From: a virus
DNA length: 64,000 nucleotides
Virus record (IMG/VR): IMGVR_UViG_3300003323_000328
Span: 1-64,000 of that record
Strand: one strand, 5' to 3'
How positions within the stretch are numbered: the stretch's first letter is position 1; every line of letters begins with the position of its first letter. The notes below the pieces were generated by a model. That model saw nothing but the letters and a program-made list of their open reading frames with translations, had not been told where the DNA came from and ran no database searches. Below, piece after piece: positions 55,317-64,000 of the stretch. Both the position numbers and the translations under genes were made by a program.

Positions 55317-58300
55317 TGGGAAAACAAACTAAAAAAGATTCTTCACTGTTTTCTGATTATTCATTTGATGACCCTGTAGTAAAACCTACAGGGTTTTCTG
55401 ATTTTGTACAGGAACCATTAACTAAAGAAGAAGGTAGAAGTTTATTCAGACAAGCTGGATTTCAAGGAGATAGTCAATATGATAAAGGCTTAGTTTTTGG
55501 AAGTAATCAACAAAAACAAAGAGCACTTAATCAACCATGGTATGATCAATTAGGTAATCAAGCCACTAAAATTGTTCCCGGTATTGCTTTAGGATTAATA
55601 GAAAATGCTGGATATATAGGAGAATTATTTGATGATACGAATGATTATAGAAATGCTTTTACAGATTTTGCTACTAGAAATAGACAAAATATGGAAGAAG
55701 CACTTCCTACTTATAGAGAAAATCCAAATCAGGTTTTCGATTTAAAAGACCCTGCATGGTGGATGCAACATGGGGAAGGTTTAGTAGAATCCATAGGAGA
55801 ATTTTTTGTAACTGGTGCTGGAATTGGAGGAGCTTTAGGTAAATCTGCTAAAGGTCTTACTTCTGTACTTAAAGCTGGTAGATATGGAGAAGCTTTAGGT
55901 CAGGGTATTGCTCAGTTAGGTACAGCTTCTGCATTAGCATATACTGAAGGTGCCATGTCAGGTGCTCAAGTTTATCAAGATGTTTTAAGTCAAACAGGAG
56001 ATAAAAAGAAAGCTGCTGATGCAGCTAGTACAACTGTTCAACTTAATACTATTATCAATACTGGATTAAATTTAACATCTGTTGTACCATTTTTTAAAAC
56101 TGTTGATAATTTAGCTAGTACTAGTAAACTAGGTTTATCAAGAAAGGCTGGTGAAAAATTAGATGATTGGTTAGGAAGATTAAATGGTATAGAAGCTAAT
56201 GGTGTACCTGAAGCTTCTTTTAGAAAGTCTCTTATAGCAGAAGCTGGACAAGAAGCATTAGAGGAAGATGTAAACTTATTTGCAGAATCTGAAGGTAGGA
56301 TAAAAGGAGGTATTGAAAAAGCAACTTCAGTTGATCCTTTTACACGATTTTTAAATAAGTCCTTTACAGAAGAAGGTGCTTTAAATGCAATTTTAGGTGC
56401 AGTAGGTGGTGTTGGACAAACTTTAGGTTCAGAATTAATTCCATATAGAGATTATACAGACGCTAACGGAAAAGAAACAAAAGTAAATAATAAGACTCTT
56501 GCAACTCTTTTAGATAATAAACAAGCTAGAGATTATATAACTACTTTAAAAGAAGATATAGGTTATGTTACAACTAAACAAAAAGAACTTAATACAGCTC
56601 TAGAAGCTAATAATAAAGAAGGAGTAGAAAAGGCTAGAGAAGATCTTTTTAATATAGCTGCTTTAAAATCTATAAGAGAAGGTATAGGTGAAGAATTTGG
56701 AGAAGATTTAAAACAAATAGCTAATACTGATAATTCTCAAATTGGAGAAGATGGCAATACAGATGCCATGAGGAAAGGATATGCCGACTCGCCAACTGAC
56801 AATGCTTATAGGGAAAGAGCTGTTAAGAAAATAGCTGATTTACATACTCTTGGAAATGAGTATCAAAATATTAGACGTATTTTTCCTGATAAGTTTGTAG
56901 CTGATGAAGTTTTTAGACAAAGAATGAATGTTTATTCTAATCAGGAATTAGTTGATAATCTTGATAAACAAACGGCTATTCTTACCTCTGAAATACTTAA
57001 AACTGCACCTAATCCTGAAATTAGCACTGTAATAGAAAACTATGCTAATGTAAATGCTTTAAATCAAGTTATTAGTAGTCTAAAAGAAAATAATTCTAAT
57101 CCTACCATTATTAAAGGATTAGAAAATTCTTTGAGTATAGAACAAAAACTACTTGATGATTCTCTACAAGCCGATCCTAGTCTTAAAGAAACTCTTGATA
57201 AAAATAAAGGAATAGCTAATCAACTAGTGCTTTCAAGAGCACCTCTTGTTCTTTATAGAGAAGAACTTAATGCTTTAAAAGCAGATTATAGTAAACTTCT
57301 CAATAATACTAAAGAAACTAGTGATAGATTACTTAAGAAAAGAGATGAAATAGTAGATACTATTAAGGCTAATGAAGAACAGAAGACTATCAATCAAGAA
57401 AAACTTCAAGAAACTAAAGACCTTAATACAACTAAACAAGAAAAAGTAACTAAGTTTAGAGAGCCAGCAGGCGAAGGAGTATCTATTATATCCTCTCCTG
57501 AAGGAGGTTTTGATGTCGTAGATGATGAAGCTCAAGCAGCTTTATCTAATCATCCAACAGTTGAAGAAGCTAGAGTTGCTGCTAAACAGTTAAGTCAACC
57601 TAAAGTTAAAGAAACAATAACTCCAATCAAAGAAGTTCCTCCTGAACCTACTATAATACAAACTAAGCCAGAACCAGATTTCAGTAATCATGGAACAACT
57701 GGAAAAGAATATAAAGAATTAACTACGACTACAGAAGAAAGTATTGAGGTAATTCCAGATAATAATACTAATAGATCATTCAAAATAGCTTATAGAGCTA
57801 AAGAGAATGATAACTCTCCTATAAATCCTACTTATTTAGAGTTACATTCTCCTTCTATAAATACTGGTACACCTTTAGTGTTACAAGTGGCTAAAGAAAC
57901 TTCTTTTTACAAAGAAGATTTATCAAATGATAAACTTCCTATTGGTATTTATATTAAAGGAGAACTAAAAGGTTATGTATCTCTTCCTAAAGAAGGAGAT
58001 AAAAATCTTAAGTTAATTAGAGAATACATTATTAAAAATGGTCCAGTTAATACAACTATTTCTGATAAGGATATGGGGGTGTTAAATAAATCTCAAAATA
58101 AACTTACTACTACACAAGCTATGCCAGTAGTTAAAGATATTGTAGTGGGAAGAGATAATAAATTTCTTAAGGGTCCTGCTAATGAATATGCTAGTGATTT
58201 ATTAGTTAATAAAACCAATACTATACAAAATGGTATTACGTATGCTGTTGTAACTTCTCCTAATGGAAAAGATATGGCAATACCATTAGATACTAAGAAA

Positions 58301-59098
58301 CTTGATAAAGAAATTGTAGATTCTATTGTATTAGCTACTAGAATATTTATTAATCCTGATTCTATCTTAGACCAAGATCAAAAACTACTTGATGAATTAT
58401 TTGATAAATATGAAATTGATTTAAGAACTCCTGCTGGATATGAAAGGTATTTTAAATTTTTCTTATATAATTATAGTGGATTAAAGGACCCTATTAAAGT
58501 AGCTGAGTTTAACCAAGATAAAAAAGACAAATATTGGGTTAATTTTACTGGTAATGGTATTCAGTATATGAAATCTGGTGGAGCTGTTACTGTTAATAAT
58601 CTTCTTCAAGCTAAAGAAGTTGGAAGAAATACACCACCAGAAGTTGTAGATCATTACATAGATGAATTAGGTATTCATCTTAGTCACATGCACTATAATA
58701 TCGATTTAACTGATTTACAGAATAATCAAAAAGTTTCTTTACCTATTTTATCTTATAATGAAAAGGCAGATAAATTAGAATATACAGAATATAAACAAAG
58801 TGATTATAAAAATCATGTTAAAGCTAGTACTGAAACTAATATTATAGGTGCTGCTATTAAAGAAAATGAGTATACATATTTTATACAACCTAAGATATTT
58901 TTCAATACCGATTTTATGGGAACAGTTGCAGAACAAAATAATGGAAAACCTTTAGATAAAAGAGAAGAAAAACCTATATTGAGTACAAAAGAAACTGGAT
59001 TACCTTCTATAGCAAAAAGATTAGGAAAATCAAAAGTTGATCCAGATCAAGTAACTGATGAAGTTATAGAAGAACGTCAAAAATATTGTAATAAATGA
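55316..59098 (+). CDS. large virion cargo protein
   Basis: 1260 aa; RALNQPWYDQLGN, Gly/Ala hydrophobic helices, EAGQEALEE; adjacent to the RNA polymerase. Confidence 0.65.
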   Translation: MGKQTKKDSSLFSDYSFDDPVVKPTGFSDFVQEPLTKEEGRSLFRQAGFQGDSQYDKGLVFGSNQQKQRALNQPWYDQLGNQATKIVPGIALGLIENAGYIGELFDDTNDYRNAFTDFATRNRQNMEEALPTYRENPNQVFDLKDPAWWMQHGEGLVESIGEFFVTGAGIGGALGKSAKGLTSVLKAGRYGEALGQGIAQLGTASALAYTEGAMSGAQVYQDVLSQTGDKKKAADAASTTVQLNTIINTGLNLTSVVPFFKTVDNLASTSKLGLSRKAGEKLDDWLGRLNGIEANGVPEASFRKSLIAEAGQEALEEDVNLFAESEGRIKGGIEKATSVDPFTRFLNKSFTEEGALNAILGAVGGVGQTLGSELIPYRDYTDANGKETKVNNKTLATLLDNKQARDYITTLKEDIGYVTTKQKELNTALEANNKEGVEKAREDLFNIAALKSIREGIGEEFGEDLKQIANTDNSQIGEDGNTDAMRKGYADSPTDNAYRERAVKKIADLHTLGNEYQNIRRIFPDKFVADEVFRQRMNVYSNQELVDNLDKQTAILTSEILKTAPNPEISTVIENYANVNALNQVISSLKENNSNPTIIKGLENSLSIEQKLLDDSLQADPSLKETLDKNKGIANQLVLSRAPLVLYREELNALKADYSKLLNNTKETSDRLLKKRDEIVDTIKANEEQKTINQEKLQETKDLNTTKQEKVTKFREPAGEGVSIISSPEGGFDVVDDEAQAALSNHPTVEEARVAAKQLSQPKVKETITPIKEVPPEPTIIQTKPEPDFSNHGTTGKEYKELTTTTEESIEVIPDNNTNRSFKIAYRAKENDNSPINPTYLELHSPSINTGTPLVLQVAKETSFYKEDLSNDKLPIGIYIKGELKGYVSLPKEGDKNLKLIREYIIKNGPVNTTISDKDMGVLNKSQNKLTTTQAMPVVKDIVVGRDNKFLKGPANEYASDLLVNKTNTIQNGITYAVVTSPNGKDMAIPLDTKKLDKEIVDSIVLATRIFINPDSILDQDQKLLDELFDKYEIDLRTPAGYERYFKFFLYNYSGLKDPIKVAEFNQDKKDKYWVNFTGNGIQYMKSGGAVTVNNLLQAKEVGRNTPPEVVDHYIDELGIHLSHMHYNIDLTDLQNNQKVSLPILSYNEKADKLEYTEYKQSDYKNHVKASTETNIIGAAIKENEYTYFIQPKIFFNTDFMGTVAEQNNGKPLDKREEKPILSTKETGLPSIAKRLGKSKVDPDQVTDEVIEERQKYCNK

Positions 59099-62000
59099 AG
59101 TGTCCTGTTAAGAGTACTCCTGATTGGAAAGCATTAGTAGATTTAGTTGGAGAAGATACTGCTTATGCTATTTATGTAAAAAATAATGAAGAAATTCCTG
59201 ATCCTAAGGATTTTCAAAATTACATTAATTATAATCTTAGAGTAGTAACTGCTCTTAATTCTGATAAAGTTAGAGAACCTAAAAATAATAAAGAAGGTTT
59301 TCTTAACGATTTAATTAAACAAGGAGTACCTAAGGATCAACTTAATTTAGTTGAAAATTCTTTAGATAGTGTAGAAACTAAAGAGGATTTAAAGGAACAA
59401 CTTATATTATCAACAGTTTCTGGTATAGAGACAGCAGTTACTACTGATAAATCTGGTAATCCAACAAGTGTTTATAAAGATTTAAATGTTCCAGGAGGAA
59501 AAAATTATAAAGAAGTTGAGATAAGAACTCCTGATTTAATTTCTCCTATTAGAGGACATGCCGAATTTAGCACTAAAAAAGGTATTGGCTGGTTTAGAGC
59601 AGATGAAAAAGAAAATGATTCAAGTATTAGACGTGTACTAGAAGTACAATCTGATCTTTTTCAAAAAAGAAGAAAGAGTTTAAAGAACTCATTATTAAAC
59701 TTGTTGAATAATGATAATAATTGGGTAAGTTTTTTTGTTCGATCTATTATTCAAGACAGTTTTAAAAAAGGGTACAATAAAGTATTATTTCCTAGTGGTA
59801 ATACTGCTAATAAAGTAGAAGGACAAGAAACTGTAGATGGATTTGTTGAAACTACAACTAAAAGGCTTAATGATATAAAAGAACGTAAATCTGCTTTTGA
59901 ACAGACTTATAAAAAAGAAATAAAACAAAATGATGTTTCTACATTTACTCACAATAATGAGTATTATATGAGGAAACCGCGTAGTAAAACAAATAGTAAA
60001 ATTACTTACGAGAAAAACTCAAATAATAAAACTATTAGTATTACTGCAGATCAATTCGCAAATGCTTATAAAGAATTTGTAGTAAGTCAATTTGATACTG
60101 AAATAGAAGCTTTAGAAAAGGAATTAAAAGATGTACAAGAAGGTAGAGTACCTTTTGTAGCTATTAATAAATTTTATCAAGATACTATTAAAAACACTCT
60201 AAAGAAAAGAGGGTACAATCCTACAGAAATTACAGATGAACATGCTAACACATGGTTTGAAGTAAATACAAATAATACTCCTATAGCTTTCTCTCCAAGC
60301 GAACAAACTATTGAACAGATTTACAGTGATTTAGTTATTCCGGGATTTAGTGCATATACTCAGAATGAAGCTGTTAATCATATAGCTGAACAAGTTATTA
60401 TTTCTATAGATACAACTCCTGGTATTTCATTCAATCAGGCTATTAGTAAGTTTGTAAACTATGCTGAAGATCAAATATTAACAGGAAATGAAAAGTATGA
60501 ACCTATAGTAGAAAATATTGATAAATTTAGACAATTAGTTTTAGAAAGACTTAATAGAATAGGACTTTTACATAAAACTCCTATTGATGAAAATGATCAA
60601 CTTACTATAGAAGGGGATGATGTATCTGATAGTTTTTATTGGGAGGATGATTGGGTATTTAAGTATAATAGTAAAATGAATGCACAAGAAACTATTAAAA
60701 AGTTTCTTACTTTTATACCTAAAACTACTTATGAGGATGGGGAGTACTACGAAGTAGAAAACTATCTTGGTACTTTATCATTTATACCTTATGATGAAGT
60801 ATTTGAAGATCTTAAAGCTATTTTAGCTGATACTCCTAATAATTGGGAGGCAATGAGAACTAAGTTAGAGGATATCCAGACTACTAAACCTTGGATATTC
60901 AATCTACTCTTTCAAATGAATAACTATGAAGGAGATAGACAACAACTTATTAATCAATTTGTAACTTCCTTTTCTTCTACCTATAGTAATTTTAAAACTC
61001 TTCTTTGGGATGAAGATAATGGAACTTATGAATTTAAATTAATTGATACAGATCAAAACTCAGTTGTTAAAAATCTTTTATTTAAATGGCAAAACAATTT
61101 TTATACAGTAAATGTAGAAGTAGGAGAAGTTATATCTGAGTTAGAAAAACTTAAGGATAATAAAGATGTAAATAGAATAAGAAAGTTTTTTACATCAATA
61201 GGTATAGATATTACTACTCAAACTGTACAAGATTTAATTGACGGTAAAGTAGGAAATCTAACTTATGAACAACATTTTACGAGTACTGACAAAGGGCTTT
61301 TCAATCTTATCAAGAGTAGGTTGGCAGGACGAAATTCAAACGGGCTTGATCAAGAAGATGTTATTAATCCTGTTATTAACAATTCTGCCATTAGAAATCT
61401 TGCTAATACAGAGTACCTCTACAATAATACATTATACTCTAATAGTCTACGTAATGGTGAAGGTAATACTGTTTACAGTTATTCTTTTAATAAGTTTATA
61501 ACTAAGCAGTTTCAAAGGCTTCAAGATAATGATTATGTTACTAAATATAGTAATATAACTTTTAATAGTCCTATTATTAGAGATGGTCAACCATTATATA
61601 AAACATGGTTATATGAATTGAAACACAATCCTTCGTTCAAGGATACTTTCTCTATAAGCCCTTTCGACACCGTTAAGGAGTCTGGTCGAGAAGGGACCAA
61701 ACTAAGTAAAATGACTGATATAGACTTAGAACTAACTAAGTTACAATTATTTCAGAACAAAGGTAATACTAAAAAAGGTGTAGGAAGAATAGCTAATTAT
61801 TTATTTACTGTTCCTGGTAAAACTACTTCTTATATATTTACAGCTCCAGTACTAGATATTGTAGTATCTAATAAAAAATTAGGCAAAACAACTAAAGATG
61901 CTATTTATTCTATTGCTCTAACAGAACTAAGTAGAATTAATAATTCTTTTGGAAAAGATATTACAAATACTAGATATAAGAATGGTTCTAAGTTTTTTTA

Positions 62001-64000
62001 CTTCTTTCCAAGTTTAAATAAGAAAACTACTCCTGAAATATGGAATACTGATGGAACAGTTAAGCTACCTACTACAAATGTTAATGGTAAGACAGTAGAA
62101 AGTATTATTAGAGAAAAGATAGAAGCTGCTATAACCAATGATATTAATAATAAAATATCAGAATGGAATGATATAGGTTTTATAAAAGATGGTGAATTAA
62201 TTTATACAGATAAGTCTTATAAACAGGGAACTAAAACTGATCCCTTTTTAGCTGCTGCTGATTATATTGTTAATAACACTTTATTTGAATTTAATTTACA
62301 TCAAACTTTTATTGGTGATCCAGCTTTATATTATAAAAAGAGTCCTGAAGATACATGGGATGAAATAGGAAAAAGACTTGCGGCTCAAATAGCTCCTGGA
62401 AAGGATTTATCTTTATTTTCTCCTACTGAAGATTTTATATCTGTTAAAGTTAAAGATAGAGAAGGAGATATAGCTTTAAATATTGCTGAGTTAAAGAAAA
62501 TACTTAAAGATGAAGCTGCACCTTATGAATCTCTTAATGGTACAGATGCACAAGAATTTACTACTCTTCCAGAAGCTTTATTAGTTAAATATAGATTAGG
62601 TAATATTACTTCTGAAGTTTATAATAATATACTTAATAGAATCAAGAAAGATAAGGATAATTTAGTTCTTACAGAACAAGAATTAAATACTGTTTTACAA
62701 CCTGATAAACCAGTATATGTAAGTACAGATATACTTACTGATCAGGATGTTGTTTCTTTAGAATATGTAAAATCTTCTTCTATTCCTTTATTACCTCAAT
62801 TTACTAAAGGATTAGAGCTAGATAAATTACGTAAAGCTATGGAAAAACTGGAAACTGAAAAAGGTAAACCAGTTAGACTGGCTTTTGATTCTGCTACTAA
62901 AGTAGGTGGAGTTCCCTCTATATCTATTTTTAATGAAGATGGTACAATCAAATCTGATTTAGATCTAAGTAATAATTATAAAGTTCTTACTAGAGATGGA
63001 TTTAGAATACAACAGGATGTTCCTTATGACCCTAATTATGAAGAAGTAGTTAAATCTACTCAAGCCACTAAACTTCTTTTTGACTCTATATTAGAAACTT
63101 CTGGATTTAATTATAAAGGAAGCGATTATACAGGAAAACAATTAAAAGATGTCTGGAACAATCTTCATAAACAATTATTTGAAGGTAGTGCTGCTACATT
63201 ACAAAAAGATATTACACTTCCTGATGGTTCTTTAGATAGTCAAAAAATTCAACAAATTTTAGCAGAAGAAGCAGTTAAAAGAGAGTATACTCCTGCTGAA
63301 ATTGCTTCTTTATCTATACTTCCTGATGGCAGGTTTGAATTTCCTTTTTGGGCTTTAAATAGCAGTAAAAAATTTGAATCTATTATTACATCTCTTTATA
63401 CTAATAGAGTTGTAAAACAAAAGATGCATGGAAGCTCTTATGTTCTTGTATCAGAAGAAGGAACTCAGGGTAAGTCTAAAGGTATAGTTTATACTTCCAA
63501 TTATGAAGGTAAACTTAAACCAATGAGAGTTGAAAATGGAGTTGTAAAAGGAGCACAAGTTTTAATTCCATGGAAATTTAAGGCTGATATAAATAAATTT
63601 ATTACTGACGGTGTTATAGATAATACTAAAGTACCAGAAGAAGTATTAGAGCAATTTGGATTTCGTATTCCTAATCAAGGACATAATTCAATGTCTCTCA
63701 TAGAAGTGGTTGGTTTTTTACCACCAGTAATGGGAGATATAGTAGTAGCATCTCGGAATTTTATTACTCAGATGGGTTCTGACTTTGACGTTGATAAACT
63801 TTATGTATACGACTATTTTGTAAACATAGATGATAAAGTAAGTAAACAAGATAATATAAAGAATGATATTTTAGATATTCATAAAACTGTTCTTAAAAAT
63901 CCTAAAGTATTTAAAAGTGCAGTTACTCCTCTAGGTAATGTTAAAGATAGTGAGTCTGCTAAATATCTTAAAAGTATTTATAAACAATCTATAGAAAATA
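59095..64000 (+). CDS. giant virion RNA polymerase (crAss-type), 3' end truncated by the window
   Basis: ATG at 59095 (ATGA overlap); same frame carries TDAQ, DSATKVG, FRIQQDVP, FRIPNQG (63661) and catalytic GSDFDVDKL (63775-63801); absent from the ORF track, consistent with no stop inside the window. Confidence 0.92.
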   Translation, partial: MKCPVKSTPDWKALVDLVGEDTAYAIYVKNNEEIPDPKDFQNYINYNLRVVTALNSDKVREPKNNKEGFLNDLIKQGVPKDQLNLVENSLDSVETKEDLKEQLILSTVSGIETAVTTDKSGNPTSVYKDLNVPGGKNYKEVEIRTPDLISPIRGHAEFSTKKGIGWFRADEKENDSSIRRVLEVQSDLFQKRRKSLKNSLLNLLNNDNNWVSFFVRSIIQDSFKKGYNKVLFPSGNTANKVEGQETVDGFVETTTKRLNDIKERKSAFEQTYKKEIKQNDVSTFTHNNEYYMRKPRSKTNSKITYEKNSNNKTISITADQFANAYKEFVVSQFDTEIEALEKELKDVQEGRVPFVAINKFYQDTIKNTLKKRGYNPTEITDEHANTWFEVNTNNTPIAFSPSEQTIEQIYSDLVIPGFSAYTQNEAVNHIAEQVIISIDTTPGISFNQAISKFVNYAEDQILTGNEKYEPIVENIDKFRQLVLERLNRIGLLHKTPIDENDQLTIEGDDVSDSFYWEDDWVFKYNSKMNAQETIKKFLTFIPKTTYEDGEYYEVENYLGTLSFIPYDEVFEDLKAILADTPNNWEAMRTKLEDIQTTKPWIFNLLFQMNNYEGDRQQLINQFVTSFSSTYSNFKTLLWDEDNGTYEFKLIDTDQNSVVKNLLFKWQNNFYTVNVEVGEVISELEKLKDNKDVNRIRKFFTSIGIDITTQTVQDLIDGKVGNLTYEQHFTSTDKGLFNLIKSRLAGRNSNGLDQEDVINPVINNSAIRNLANTEYLYNNTLYSNSLRNGEGNTVYSYSFNKFITKQFQRLQDNDYVTKYSNITFNSPIIRDGQPLYKTWLYELKHNPSFKDTFSISPFDTVKESGREGTKLSKMTDIDLELTKLQLFQNKGNTKKGVGRIANYLFTVPGKTTSYIFTAPVLDIVVSNKKLGKTTKDAIYSIALTELSRINNSFGKDITNTRYKNGSKFFYFFPSLNKKTTPEIWNTDGTVKLPTTNVNGKTVESIIREKIEAAITNDINNKISEWNDIGFIKDGELIYTDKSYKQGTKTDPFLAAADYIVNNTLFEFNLHQTFIGDPALYYKKSPEDTWDEIGKRLAAQIAPGKDLSLFSPTEDFISVKVKDREGDIALNIAELKKILKDEAAPYESLNGTDAQEFTTLPEALLVKYRLGNITSEVYNNILNRIKKDKDNLVLTEQELNTVLQPDKPVYVSTDILTDQDVVSLEYVKSSSIPLLPQFTKGLELDKLRKAMEKLETEKGKPVRLAFDSATKVGGVPSISIFNEDGTIKSDLDLSNNYKVLTRDGFRIQQDVPYDPNYEEVVKSTQATKLLFDSILETSGFNYKGSDYTGKQLKDVWNNLHKQLFEGSAATLQKDITLPDGSLDSQKIQQILAEEAVKREYTPAEIASLSILPDGRFEFPFWALNSSKKFESIITSLYTNRVVKQKMHGSSYVLVSEEGTQGKSKGIVYTSNYEGKLKPMRVENGVVKGAQVLIPWKFKADINKFITDGVIDNTKVPEEVLEQFGFRIPNQGHNSMSLIEVVGFLPPVMGDIVVASRNFITQMGSDFDVDKLYVYDYFVNIDDKVSKQDNIKNDILDIHKTVLKNPKVFKSAVTPLGNVKDSESAKYLKSIYKQSIEN

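Noticed and set aside
513-61501. Many short antisense or out-of-frame ORFs nested in long genes (e.g. 513..716, 11896..12204, 37834..38037, 44930..45325, 61265..61501)
   Set aside because: Shadow ORFs typical of AT-rich coding DNA, with no motifs or dedicated expression signals
1-64000. Stop-codon reassignment (TAG or TGA), known in some crAss-like phages
   Set aside because: Long genes are intact in the standard code, and TAG and TGA both end genes at tightly packed junctions

Overview
This window is an AT-rich dsDNA phage segment with the gene order of a crAss-like phage (Crassvirales) that probably infects a Bacteroidota host. The host inference rests on TTTG-N19/20-TAnnTTT(G/A) promoters and A-rich start regions with no evident Shine-Dalgarno sequence. 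The standard genetic code fits throughout. Left arm (1-29.3 kb, minus strand): a replication module (RusA-like resolvase, primase, putative SSB, AAA ATPase, DnaB-like and SF2 helicases, macro domain, rIIA/rIIB, ATP-dependent ligase, family A DNA polymerase), and upstream of it about 12 kb of small, probably early, hypothetical genes. Strand switch (29.3-30.6 kb): a free-standing GIY-YIG endonuclease, hairpins, promoters and GC-rich non-coding elements. Right arm (plus strand): small genes, terminase, portal, scaffold, major capsid, tail ring and muzzle proteins, virion cargo proteins and a giant virion RNA polymerase (59095 to beyond the window end) that the ORF track missed. The most striking unexplained signal is a cluster of three stem-closed, multi-branched non-coding RNA candidates (about 190, 105 and 185 nt) between early genes at 24.8, 26.5 and 27.2 kb. 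Also notable are promoter-driven ncRNA candidates at 30.2-30.5 kb and a self-contained counter-oriented microgene in front of polA. All RNA structures were paired by eye and all protein calls come from motif recognition; no folding or database search was run.
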